DNA from: Malacoraja senta
Taxonomy: Eukaryota
Direction: 5' to 3'
Assembly (NCBI GenBank): GCA_038087875.1
Contig: CM075984.1
Span: 44,950,001 to 45,014,000 of the forward strand
DNA length: 64,000 bases
Each line of letters opens with the position of its first letter. Position 1 is the first letter of the stretch. Shown here one piece after another: positions 49,995-62,526 of this stretch. The translations under genes and the position numbers were made by a program. The notes under the pieces were generated by a model. It ran no database searches. It saw only the letters and a list, made by a program, of their open reading frames with translations, and was not told where the DNA came from.

Positions 49995-50050
49995 ATTTTG
50001 GACACGTTCAGTCCCAGATTTTCAGTGGGTTAGCGAAGGAGGAGGAGAGA

Positions 50051-50076
50051 TTATATATATATATATATATATATAT
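50051..50076. repeat. (TA)n microsatellite in the putative 5' UTR
   Basis: About 12 TA units. Confidence 0.9.
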
Positions 50077-50178
50077 TTAAATTGAAAAAAGATAGTGACC
50101 ACTTTTAGATAAATCCACTCGGGCCAGTCGACTTCAGGGAAGCTAAAACGCAGCTTCGGTTTTGTTTTAGTTTTTTGT

Positions 50179-50223
50179 CCCCCCCCCCTACCCCCCACCC
50201 CCCCCCCCACCCCCCACCCCCCC
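50179..50223 (-). repeat. Poly-G tracts (mRNA sense) in the putative 5' UTR
   Basis: Five C-runs of 6 or more nt on the + strand, separated by 1-2 nt. Confidence 0.85.
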
Positions 50224-50389
50224 TACAGATGTGATATCTCCAGACACTTAACCGGCGATCTCAAGAAAGTTGACTTGAGTTTATGTTGCTGCTGCTGTTG
50301 CTGAAGTTGTGTTGATGGCGGCGCGGGGGCTGCTCTGTTGCATGTGACAGGTAGAACCGTGGTCCAGGCGCTTAGAGTTGTTGTGGTCA

Positions 50390-50540
50390 CAGGCACAAAT
50401 CGATGGGACGGTGACCTAGAGAATTTATCATTTCTTCCAGCCCTGACTCCATCGAGACCCCTGCCTTCTGATTGGCGAATAAGACAGATTCTTCTCTATG
50501 GAAACGTGTGCCTCCATTGGCCAATCCCTGCAATCTTCCT
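50390..50540 (-). promoter_or_regulatory. Putative pax3 core/proximal promoter
   Basis: CCAAT boxes (gattgg at about 50470; overlapping ccattggccaatc at about 50514-50526) and a TATA-like TGATAAAT on the minus strand at about 50423-50430, roughly 430 bp upstream of the ATG. The TSS position is inferred. Confidence 0.5.
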
Positions 50541-50889
50541 TTCCCATCACTGGAAATATATATTTTTTTTAATTTAAAAAAAAGTGAACGTGCCACTGCG
50601 AGAAGGATTAGAAGCCCCGCACTGGAGCCTTTCTCTCACACGACTGCTTTCGCTGGTTTATCTAACTGATATCTAAACATAATCACCATTTTGTGTCAGG
50701 GAAGATTGCCTGCAAGGCAAAGTCTAAGTTTCAAGTCGAAAGAAGGCGGACTCTTGGGGTTGAGAAAAAAAGCAGGGCTACATTCTTTGACACTCTTGGA
50801 GTTATTATCAGTAATGCAATTCACTAACAATTAGCAGTTGTCCCTCTGAAACGAACCCCTTGCAAAAATTGTGTTGTGGGGGGGGGGGG

Positions 50890-51330
50890 ATGTTATTAAT
50901 AAGAAAGAGCATTCCAACAGGAGATCTGTAAAACTAATGCCAGGCAGGTAATAACCAAGGCACTGGGATGATTACAGACGGATTCGGCATTCGACTTTTT
51001 GCTGGAGGTTATACAAGTAGTATTAAGAATCAAGGAAGGAGCGGAAAAAAAAGAAAGAAATTGTCTGGCGGGGTAGCAGAAACGCCACAGCAGGATATGA
51101 CGCCAGGACTGTTGTAAAGCCCGTCTGTCCTCTGAGAAGGTACCATTGTCTGAGTCCTCTATTTATAACTTGCTAACTGCCGGTAAACTCATCCTTTACA
51201 CTCTGATCTTGAAGCACAGCCATCGAACGGGGCTTTATTTGGAAGTGGCTATTCAAAAAAAAAACCCTGTCAGTCTGGCGCGGAACTTCATTCAAAGCCT
51301 TAATCAATCAAACGATGAGATAGTTAAGAC
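50890..51330. promoter_or_regulatory. Candidate upstream neural-crest/neural-tube enhancer
   Basis: TEAD MCAT CATTCCA (50910-50916), Meis CTGTCA (51267-51272), TCF/LEF TTCAAAG (51291-51297) and Pbx-Hox TGATTGAT on the minus strand (51303-51310), all within 1 kb of the promoter. Confidence 0.6.
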
Positions 51331-54091
51331 TGGGCTTTGTTTGAAAGGCGGTTCCAATAGAGAAACAACCTCCTTTTGGCAAAAAGTCATCGCTTTCACT
51401 TACTGATTCTTAATCTCGACAATTGTTCTCTTATCCCAGAACAGAATGATTACCCAGTGACGTAACAAAGAGAAAGATTAAACGCACCCAGTCGCTATTA
51501 TATTAATTCCCCCTTTTAAGTTGTTTAAAAAAAAGCAGCACTTAAACAACATCGCCCCGTTTGCAATGAGCATCCGACTGAACACCACATTTCAACCCAT
51601 GTTTCTGCAGTCCCTGAATTTGAGGGACTGAATCAGAAACCGGTTACTGTAAACAAAATCTACCAACAAAAAACACATTGATTTTTAAACGCCCTGTTTT
51701 ATATGGATCTGGAGAAAAAAATAGATTTTGCTCTCTTCCAAATATTATTCCGTGTTATTTTCATGAGTTTATATAATTACGCGCAGCGCACAATACTATT
51801 TCAAAACTGCATGCGGACTGTACAAATGTTGAAGGCACGTTATCTGGTTAAACTGTGGGTCATTTTATAACAAATTTCCTGGGGTGGAAAATTACCTTCG
51901 CAGTCAATGAAAGCATTCATTTTTTTAACGGGTTGGGTAAAATAGGTCATAAACTTAATGGATAACATGATATACCTGTACCGTTATCCAAGTCGCCAAG
52001 AGAGGTGCGAATTGTGTATTACCTATAAGGACAACTGAATGTGACCCAATCATTAAAGCGATCTTCCAGGGCAGGTGCGCTAAGTAGGATCAGGATTTAG
52101 AGTGAATACGGCCAGTGCCGGTGAAGTCCGCCAATCAAGCATGTACGGTAAAGGTAGATCTTGTAATACATGCAGTTTATTTCACTAGGGGAAATTCTTG
52201 CTTGTATGCATCGACAGATTTTATCAAAATTAAAATATATTTAACAAAAGCTTTAAAGGGATCTTCTGAAACATAAATAATAGCAACTTCAAAATGTGTA
52301 TGTCATACGCAAGAAAGCATTTATTTTCGCGTTATTTGTTTTATTTTATGTGGATGGGTTGTGATTTGGAGAGAGCAAAATCGCAAATCAGATGCTTCGT
52401 TCGTAATGAAAAAAGTGTATTCGTTTGTAAGAACGTCAGAGACACGGGGTTTTAACGGAGATGCAGGAGGAAAATCCATTCCGTCTGATCTAAGATCAAG
52501 CGTCAAGAGTCAAGAGTATTTTATTGTCATATGTCCCAGATAGAACAATGACATTCTTACTTGCAGCAGCACAACAGAATCTGTAAAAATGACATTCACC
52601 ACGGTAATATTAAGAATGACCGTCGCAGAGTTTATGACATTTGAGAATATTATTTGAAGCTTCAGTTAAAATAATAATACATAATGAAACTGCAGGTAGA
52701 TTGTTCATGGGTGTAGCGCAACGTGTCTCTGTAGACACGAATAACCTTTTTCAGATAGAGAATTATTTGTCTTATAATAAACTGAATTTTGGTGTCCAGA
52801 TTGTTTCCTTTCGTGAAATATTTCCAAGTGCGCTTGTCTTATTTTCAGTTAACACAGCATTTGTCGCAGCTAACAACCGATCTCGAACCTGATTATAATT
52901 ATTCGCTCTTTATCGGGTTACATAAACTACAGTTCAAGATTCAAGATGTGCCCCACTTATTGTTCTTGGATTCCATTAATATAATGTCACCATCTGTCAC
53001 AGTGCACTATTCTGTCGAATAGTTTGTTTTTGGGGACCTTATCTCAAAATAGGTAAGAACGTTAATTACTACAAATAATTAAATAAACGTACTGAATACC
53101 ATTTAACAGTAAGATCCCACTGCACTATAATGTTTAATTAGTATATATTGAAACTCTACCTCCACCTCAATCGATGAATCTATTATTGCACTTTTGTTTT
53201 CACTACTTCAGACTGCTTGCTATTTTGTTCAGATATGTTTATTATATATTATGTGTTTACAGACCTTTTTAACTGCTGCAAGTAAGAATTTCATTGTTCC
53301 CTTGTCCCTACATATAACAATTAAAAGTGAACGCTCTTGACACCACGATGATTGTAGCATTCTGCCGTTTTCCATTCTTAGCTGTATTTACCGTTGTCGC
53401 TGTCATTCCAATACACGGTTTACTCTATGAGCTTCGTGCTAATAAAGAGTTTAATTGCACCCTGGTGTGTAGGACAACAAAATAACCTGTGAATGGAATA
53501 ATAGCATTCGAGGGATTTTGTTTTTCCGAATTATAAAATTAACATAGTAAAACATTAATTTTGGTATTAATGGTTTAAAAAAATGGTATTAGAAGTCCAA
53601 CAAAATACTTCAGTTAAAATAATAAATAATAGCGATATTGTAGATAAACTTATCATATATTTTACAACGAATCCATAACTTTTTCAGTTAATGAATTATT
53701 TCATTTATAATAAAAGAAAGATAAACATCGCTGTTTATAATTATGAAATATTATAACAATCACGCCACTTAAATGCTCCACTAATTATATATCACGTGAT
53801 TGGTGCTTATTTCACCATATTCAGTATTAATTATTTCCCTACACCAACAGATAATTGCGACCTGCTTCTCCCCCTCACCTCCCCATGATACAAGAATTAG
53901 ATTTCAAACTCCATCCAATTGTTTTGATCGTTCTTTATTATCTGCTTGGAGAAGTATAGAATGAAGATTATTTTGCATGATGATGAAACATCCTGACTGT
54001 TCTATCTTCTTATTTTCCTCCAAGCTGTTAAAAATATATCTTTCAATCATATGGATATGTAGGCATGTTGCACTTGAATGGACATCCAGAA

Positions 54092-54192
54092 CAGTCTGAA
54101 GAAGGGTCTCGACCCGAAGCGTCACCCATTCCTTCTCTCCAGAGATGCTGTCTGCCCCGCTGAGTTACTCCAGCTTTTTGTGTCTATCTTCA
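54092..54192 (+). mobile_element. Penelope-like terminal repeat
   Basis: gtctgaagaagggtctcgacccgaagcgtcacc; cagaaca occurs on both flanks. Confidence 0.8.
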
Positions 54193-56029
54193 GAACAACA
54201 AAGTTGTCTTCAAAATAAATCACTGTATCTTTGGCACTCAATCAGACGAGGAATTCGTAGTGCTATGGGTGTGAAATACACTCATTTCAAATATCCACTT
54301 GTTAGCAATAATTATCCCAAGAACATACATGGCAATGATGCTGAATAAAGTTCCCTCCATACTTCTTAACAAATGTGTTCTTGTAGAGCACAGGGTGGTT
54401 TTGTTTTGCTTGCACCCACTTTGAGATCACCAATTATTGTTAGTGTACACAAAGTCTTGTGTCAAGTTACAGTCCCTATGCTCTTTCAGAACTGGATTAA
54501 GATTCCTTACAACCAGAAGATGGTGTGCATGAGATTTGAACTTGGATTCCATTAATATAAGGTCAACACCTGTCACAGTGCACTATACAGTGCCTATACA
54601 GAAACAGGAAGAAACATGCACATCAATAATAGTTGTTCAAAACAACTCTCTAAATTATATCACTAAACGGAGTAGAGGCTTCATGGTGAGATATAGGAAA
54701 AAAAAGAAAACAAAAATCAAGAAAGTGACATTTGGTTCGTGAGATTTTTCATTTCCACAGATTAAGTACAATTCTCTCTATTGGAACTTCTGGCCATCTC
54801 ATTTAAAACCTTTAAGGAAAATGCAGTAAATTTGATCTCTACAGTCTTTCGAAGAGTAAACTCAGTGAACTTTTACGTTTTAATAGCTAGGGAGGCAGTG
54901 CAGATATAAAATTAACATTAAAAGTAAAACAACCATATAGTTTTTCATGCAATATATTATTATCTACTAAACATCCTTTTCAAATTAACATCCAATAGTT
55001 TGAAAATTTAATATTGCATCATTTTTAGTTAATTGGCATTTGATGAATTTATTTAAACCTTTTATAATGTTATTTAATGAATAATCTTTCAGTATTTTGA
55101 GTTAAACAAGTGACTGAACATAATTCATCTAAACTATGTGGCAAGAACAGAAAGTGCTGGAGTAATATTCTGCACAAGTAACCAGCATCAGTTCCTTGTG
55201 TCTATATCAAACTGTGTGGCCATATAATTTGGCAAAATGTGGTGCACATTGTCATTTGAATGTTGATGTAGCAAGCAGTGAGTAATTATAGAAACAAGGA
55301 ACTGCGGATGCTGGTTTACTAAGGAAAGACACAAAATACGGGAGTACAGCATTGTTTGTCTAATCAGTGAATAATAATAATTTTTAAATTAACCAATTAT
55401 TAGTGTGCAACATTAATAAAAGCAAATACATGTGAAATTTAAATAAATGTATTTGGGTTGCCAGTCTTTCACATGTAAGTGTTTTTTAATTGTTGGTTGC
55501 CAAGATTCCAGTTGTATAATTGCTGAACTCTGGAATTCATTACCGAAACCTCATTACATTCACCTTCTCACTTAAAACTCTTGCTAAAACCTGCCCCTTT
55601 GACCAAGAGCTTGCCTATCTACCTCAGTGTGTTCTACTATGGAGACACAAGGGACGGCAGATGTTGTTAACTGGAGCAACAAACAATCCGGTGGACGAAC
55701 TGTGGAGGTGGGAACGGCGGAGGTGGGGTTAGGAATAGTCAACATTTCATGTTCAAACCCGGCACCAGGAGATAATATGTTTTCTTATGCCTTGGTATCA
55801 AATTTTATTTATTTGAGCTCAAATTCAGTGGTTTTGTATGTTTTTTATTTTTCTAACGCCGCTGAGACATGTTGTTATCACGACAATTCAGAATTCCATT
55901 ATTCTGACAAAGCTATTTAATCGGTTTATGTTAAATGTCTTAATCCTGTAAACATAGTGAACAAAGTAATTTAATATAACATCTAATAAACTGGACTGCA
56001 TACTATTATACAGCAACATTTCAAAGCAT

Positions 56030-56215
56030 GCACGTGGGTTTTCTCCAGGTGCTCTGGTTTCTTCCCACGCTCTAAGGATGTACATGTTTGTAAGCTAATT
56101 GGCTTCAGTAAAATTGTAAATCGTCCCCAGTGTGTAGGATAGGGGTGAATGCTGGTCGGCGTGGACTCGGTGCGCTGAAGGTCTTGTTTCCGCATTGTTT
56201 CCCCAAATGTCTAAA
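56030..56215 (+). mobile_element. 5'-truncated HE1/V-SINE-like element
   Basis: Body and tail match the other copies. Confidence 0.8.
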
Positions 56216-57051
56216 AAAAAAGATGGAAAATTAAAATTTAGCTGTAAGAATTAGAGAAACATTCACATCACGTCAACCCATTGCCAATAATTAATCATAT
56301 GAGGGTGGCTGATAAAAGGATTTTGAAAACTGATACTGTATTAGCCGGACATATAGGATATTGCTCCATGATTCAGTCTTTTGAGTCTATTTCATTATCA
56401 AATGAAGGAAATCAAATGAGAGATATTGCAATACAATAAAAAATAGTTTGAAACACACAAAACAAAAGTTAGAAGCAATTTGGAAATGTTAACAGAAATG
56501 GCATTTACCAATTGATCAAGGAAAAAATTATTGTATCTTAATTTCATGATCAAATTCTGCTTTTACTGTGGAATAAGAAATTGGACATTTTCACCACAGG
56601 AATCTCATTTTCATATAATTTCAACGATGTGAACAACATGACCATATGATGTGGTAATGTTATTTTGACTTTCTCCTGTCAAAAGAGTACTGCCTAAAGA
56701 TCCATAACAATTCATATTTTTTAAGCCTGCCCATTCAGTAGCTGTGAACCAGTGAACTCACATAACACACCGCTTCGTGGATTGAATTGAAACCAGGGTT
56801 ACACTGATGAAAGTTGTAAGTTTGTTTGACATCAAAGCCGATAACAAAAAAGCTGGGCTGCCCAAATTCCAACTTCTGCCAGCAGATGGCAGATGTGTAG
56901 TGGGAAACTATTCATGCATTCTCATCTTCATTTACTATCATTAGAGGAACCCTAGTCAATAATCTTCCTTACTAACCCAGTGATATAGGGGTAAGTAAAA
57001 TGAGTTAAGAACTGGCACAGTTTTGAGCAGATAATAAACAAATTCACTTAT

Positions 57052-57140
57052 TCATTCTTCCCCCCAACCATCCCCCCACATTCCTCCCCCAACCCATCCC
57101 CCCATATTCCTCCCCCAACCCATCCCCCCATATTCCTCAC
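57052..57140 (+). repeat. 27-28 bp C-rich tandem repeat, 3 copies
   Basis: attcctcccccaacccatcccccca(t/c) units. Confidence 0.85.
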
Positions 57141-57233
57141 TCTTTATCTTGCACTAAATTCACAAAGAAAAGTCTGACATACCAGCAAATGCCCACAAAG
57201 AAACTTGGCTACAGAGATCGTTAAGGCTGAATA

Positions 57234-57435
57234 GTGTAGGAAGGAACTGCAGATGCTGGTTTAAACTGAAGATAGACACAAAATCAGACAAATCAGACAA
57301 CATCTCTGGAGAAAAGGAATTGGTTATGTTTCAGGTTGAGACACTTCTTCAGGGATGCTGTCTGACCCGCTGAGTTACTCCAGCTTTTTGTGTCTATCTT
57401 CGATGTAACCCAGTATCTGCAGTTCCTTCATACAC
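57234..57435. mobile_element. Inverted Penelope-like terminal repeat pair
   Basis: tgtaggaaggaactgcaga ... tctgcagttccttcataca. Confidence 0.8.
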
Positions 57436-57619
57436 AAGAAAAACACGTTGGGGGTGGTTTATCTTGGGTTCGAAGTAGGTACAGGTTTAAAGCAAGCCAC
57501 TGTGAATCAGCTTGTGGCCTATTTTGTATTTGAATTACTCCTACTGCCTAAATTGTTGAGACAAATTTATAGCTCTTTCCAGGTGAACACCTGAATCAGT
57601 ACAAGGCTTCTTCTGACCC

Positions 57620-57887
57620 CATCTACATTTCACACTGCCTCAGAAAAGCAGCCAACACAATCAAAGACTTGTCCCACCCCGGTCATTCCTTCTTCTCCCT
57701 GCTCCCATTGGGCAAGAGGTACAGAAGCTTGAAAGGGCACACCACCAGTCTCAGGAACAGCTTCTTCCTCTCTGTAACCAGACTTCTGAACTGTCCTCCA
57801 TAAGCCAGGGTACTGTCCCTTTGCTCTATGGTACTTGAGTTTGAGTTAATTATATTTATGTATAGTATATCTGATCTGTTTGAACAA
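57620..57887 (+). mobile_element. Rex1/Babar-type LINE 3' fragment, split by CR1 (tail resumes at about 58745-58800)
   Basis: cccacccc ggtcattccttcttctccc..ggcaagaggtacagaagcttgaa..caccaccag.ctcaggaacagcttctt. Confidence 0.75.
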
Positions 57888-58745
57888 GTGAGTGGGCAGA
57901 TGCGTGGCAAATGCAGTATAATATAGATAAATGTGAGGTTATCCACTTTGGCGGCAAAAACAAGGGGGCAGATTATTATCTCAATGGGGTTAGGTTAGGT
58001 AAGGGGGAGGTGCAGCGAGACCTGGGTGTCCTTGTACACCAGTCACTGAAAGTTGGCTAACAGGTACAGCAGGCAGTGAAGAAAGCTAATGGAATGTTGG
58101 CCTTCATAACAAGAGGATTTCAGTATAAGAGTAAAGAGGTTCTTCTGCAGTTGTATAGGGCTCTGGTAAGACCATATCTGGAGTATTGTGTACAGTTTTG
58201 GTTTCCTAATTTGAGAAAGGGCATCCTTGTGATTGAGGCAGTGCAGCATAGGTTCACGAGATTGATCCCTGGAATGGCAGGACTGTCATATGACGAAAGA
58301 TTGAAAAGACTAGGTTTGTATTCACTGGAGTTTAGAAGGATGAGGGGGAATCTTATAGAAACATATAAAATTATAAAAGGACTGGACAAGCTAGATGCAG
58401 GCAAAATGTTCCCAATGTTGGGCGAGTCCAGAACCAGGGGCACAGTCTTAGAATAAAGGGGAGGTCATTTAAGACTGAGGTGAGAAAAAACTTTTTCACC
58501 CAGAGAGTTGTGAATGTGTGGAATTCCTTGCCACAGAGGGCAGTGGAGGCCAAATCACTGGATGGATTTAAGAGAGAGTTAGATAGAGCTCTAGGGGCTA
58601 GTGGAATCAAGGGATATGGGGAGAAGGCAGGCACGGGTTAATGATTGGGGACGATCAGCCATGATCACAATGAATGGCGGTGCTGACTCAAAGGGCCGAA
58701 TGGCCTCCTCCTGCACCTATTTTCTATGTTTCTATGTTTCTATGT
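57888..58745 (+). mobile_element. CR1 LINE 3' portion (ORF2 C-terminus and 3' UTR)
   Basis: ORF 58076..58456 reads KKANGMLAFI.RG...LYRALVRP.LEYCVQFW.P...RRMRG.LIETYKI; (tttctatg)n tail. Confidence 0.93.
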
Positions 58746-59194
58746 AACAGGCAAACCAAAGCTTTTCACTGTAAATGTGGCAATAATAATCATAAACCTA
58801 AAAGTTAGCAAACTTTTGCTAGCCTCCCCATATAGCCCCTGCTGTTACCTTGTCATAGTACCTACCTGAAAGAGTGACCAATGGAGCAACTGACTTAACA
58901 TTGATATATTTTCTTCACCAAGACAATGTCCCTTTCAGTTAAACTTCATTTGATAATTTACATCCAATCGCTTCTCATAGAAAAGCCTCCTCATCTCAAG
59001 AATTAATCCAACACAAATTTGTTGTACATCTTCTGAACCAAGTACTTCCTTCCTTAGTTATGGAGAATTATACTGCATAGATGATTCAAGGTGAGGCATC
59101 ATTAAGGCTGTACATAATTACAGCAAGATATTCCTATCCTTGCGCTCTGCCATAGCATTCATTGCAGGAAGGGGGTAAGAGGCTGTGGTTCTAT

Positions 59195-59515
59195 AATAGC
59201 AAAGATGGGGAATCAAGAAGCAGAGGATATCGATTTAAGATGAGAGAGCAAAGATTTAATAGGGACCCGAGGGGCAACTTTTTCACACAGAAGGCGGTGG
59301 ATATATGGAATGAGATGCCAGAGGTGGTAGTTGAGGCAGAAATAATAACAACATTTAAGAGGAATTTGGACCGGTACATGGATAGGAAAAGTTTGGATGG
59401 ATATGAGCCAAATGCAGGCAGGTGTGACTGGTGTAGTGGGGGAATTTTTGGTCGGCATGGACAAGCTGGGCCAAAGGGCCCGTTTCAGTGCTGAAGGTCT
59501 CTATGACTCCATGAC
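59195..59515 (+). mobile_element. CR1 LINE 3' fragment
   Basis: RGNFFTQ..V.IWNE.PE.VVEA...FKR.LDRYMD. Confidence 0.85.
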
Positions 59516-59639
59516 TAGTACAAATAAATAAGGCCATAGTAAATGTTAATGAACATGCTCTGTATGTCAAGCTCAGCTTGCACTTTTGCAATCCACAAAG
59601 GCTTGTATTTATCGAGTGTCATTAATGTTACAAATGCCA

Positions 59640-60055
59640 TCAAGACAAGCATACGATATGGATAAAGTTCAATATGAGGAGCAAGTAGTATGTGGTGGTG
59701 AAAGTGTTAAGGAAGAAAAAGTTTGTTGGAGAGACAAAGACATAAAGAGTGAATTCTAGAGTTTAAAGCTTTAGCGGCCAAAGGCACAACTGTTGATGGG
59801 GGATTGATTAAACTCGCAATGATTAAATGATTGGAATCTTAGGTGCACAGATACCTTGCGAGTTTGGTCGAGACCATGGCCATGGAAGGGCATGAAAACA
59901 AAGCTGTGAATTTTAAAATCAAGACACTGCTTCACTTGAAACTCATATGGGTCACTGAGTGTGGGCCGATGGGCTAAAATAACTTGATGCAGGTGAGGAC
60001 ATAACCAGCAGAAAGATAGAAAAGAGAGGCTGACCAGGCATGTGTTTAGAATTAC
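59640..60055 (-). mobile_element. Old L2-like LINE fragment
   Basis: ggccatggaagggcatgaaaacaaagctgtgaattttaaaatcaagac resembles the recalled antisense L2 ORF2 end. Confidence 0.5.
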
Positions 60056-60609
60056 AATGCATGGATGAATATATGACCTGTGCTTCCTCTTCCTTCATTA
60101 AATTGGTATAGACTTCTGATCAGCGACTTTTCCTCCTGAAACTTACAAGTGGATGTTTGGCCAGAGCATGGGCAAAAAAGAAAAAACATACCACTGTTGA
60201 ACGGACTGAAATACAGATGCTGCTTAATTACCATGGATTGCACTGTGGTTTTTAACTGCGCTTCAAGAACACTGTAGTTGGTTGTGCTGTAGGTTAGAAA
60301 ATTTCTCAGACACCATCTTTCTTAATATGATTCCCTCAGTTGGCACTGATGCTCAAAGATTATTTTCTGGATTTACACCATTTGCCTGCTTCCAGTTTGC
60401 TTTTAAACACTTCTACTAAATCTATTCATTTGGCTCTGCCTTAATAACCTAACTTACAGTCGTACTCACCATTTTACTTTTTCCCATCTGTGAAGCACAT
60501 TGGAGTTGCATTTAGTCAGGGATAGAGGGATGTAACTAACAGAGTTAATAAGGATAAGGGATAAGTAGGACTAAAGATAATGTTATGAATAATAAGGATA
60601 AGGAATAAT

Positions 60610-61210
60610 TAGATCATGGCTGATCTATCTTCCCCTCTTATATCTTGCCCTCTTGAGCCCATTCTCCTGCCTTCTCCCCATTAACCCTGACAACCATACT
60701 AATCAAGAATCTATCTATCTCTGCATTAAAAATATCCATTAAATTGGCCTCCACAGCCTTCTGTGGCAATGAATTCCACAGATTCACCACCCCCTGACTA
60801 AAGAAATTCCACCTCATTTCCTTCCTAAAAAGAACGTCCTTTAATTCTGAGGCTTTGACCTCTGATCCTAGACTCTCCCACTGGTGGAAACATCCTCTCC
60901 ACATCCACGATATCCCAGGGCTTTCACTGTTCGGTAAGTTTCAAGAAGAGGTGAAAAGGTTGCCCAGTTCATTCAAAGTAGAGGAAAATTTCATCTCTCA
61001 GTGGACTGTGAATCTTTTTAACTGTCTATCCCAAAGGGCCGTAGAGGCTGAATTATTAACTATACAAGATGAACAGGATTTTGAATGACAGAGAAGTTAA
61101 GAGTTACAGGGAAGAGGCAAGTATGTGGAACTGGGCAACATCATATTAGCCATGATATTCTTGTCTCAGTGGTTCTGTGACCTATTTCTGCTCCCATTTC
61201 TTATATGCTT
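60610..61210. mobile_element. Two opposed CR1 3' fragments (minus about 60610-60930; plus about 60950-61210)
   Basis: NFFSQ.VVNLWNSLPQKAVEA (ORF 60638..60904) and NF.SQ.TVNLFN.L.QRAVEA. Confidence 0.8.
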
Positions 61211-61442
61211 TTGTTCTTAAAAAAGGGTGGAATTGTGGAAATACAAATATACCATGATTTGAAGCAAATACTTAAGCCCGTTGGTTCCTTCCTCTGTCAC
61301 AAACTGTGATACTTCATTCTTGAGTACAACCTGAGGCCTTACAATATGATCGTATTGGACTTTGAATGTGTAATAGCTTACCAGCAGGGTGTAATAGATG
61401 TTATCGTTCTCAAGGGCATTTGTCTACAGTTCTCAGGTAAAT

Positions 61443-61735
61443 TGTGTAAGAAGGAACTGCAGATGCTGGTCTACACCGAAGATAGACACAATATGCTGGA
61501 GTAACTCAGCGGGTCAGGCAGCATCTCTGGAGAAAAGGAATAGGTGACGTTTCGGGTTGAGGCCCTTCATCTGACTGAGAGCCGGGGAGGGCCACAAAAT
61601 GCTGGAGTAACTCAGCAGGTCAGGCCCTCCTGAAAGTCTGATGAAGGTTCTCGACCTGAAACATCACCTATTCCTTTTCTCCAGAGATGCTGCCTGACCC
61701 GCTGAGTTACTCCAGCATATTGTGTCTATCAGGTC
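61443..61735. mobile_element. Compound inverted Penelope-like terminal repeats
   Basis: Outer arms of about 75 bp are near-perfect reverse complements; caggt(a/c)aatt occurs on both flanks; a CTGATGA core is at about 61638. Confidence 0.82.
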
Positions 61736-62526
61736 AATTTCTGCTTATTACAGATGCAACTTTCAAGCAGTTATTTTTCAAGGAGGCAAACATTTTCTGA
61801 CAAACGGGGCTGAAATGGACATGTCTTCATTTTATGAGCTACTGTGACAAGACCAAAGACTGAGCGGTAGCTGGCAACAAATAATAGGGTGTGTAACCCA
61901 ATCACGTAGACTGAGGGGAGGTAGGGAGTGGACAAGGCTAGTTTTCCATAGCTGTTGCTGAAAGGCATAAAGACAATGAACTCTGTTCTGTTGAAGGTAT
62001 CGTGCACTAATCACTTCCAGTTAGGGAAATTATTACAGATTCAAAACAATAACAAAGGTAGAGCTAGAAAAGTTTTATTGTTTGAATGATGCCGTGCCCC
62101 ACTTCATTTCCTGCAGGAGAAATGTTATGTCTCTAAACTTAAATAAATCCAGATAGGTTGATTAAAAAAAAAAAGAATTTGCAGTCTAGTGCACTCTCAA
62201 GTGGGAGAATTTCACGTTGCAGATCTGACAGCATAATTACATTGTGGTATCCCAATGGTATACACTTACAGGGTGGGTCAGACACATCCTACAACAGAAC
62301 AGAAAGCTTTTCGTTGCAAATCCCCGCTCCCCCTTCACCTCCCCCATTGCTTATTGGAGTTGAACAAGCGGAAGTCTAGTTTGCCAACTGCCCACTTGAG
62401 AGAGAAGCTACTTCAGTCTCACAGGCCCTCTGGTGAATTACAAGCACATGAAAGTTAGCTTATCTGATCATTACCTTCACTTTGTCAAGTTAGTGTCAAT
62501 AATTTCTTGCAAACCACATTTAAAGG

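Noticed and set aside
57888-58456. Active LINE or host gene
   Set aside because: A 5'-truncated CR1 fragment with a frameshift near the end of ORF2.
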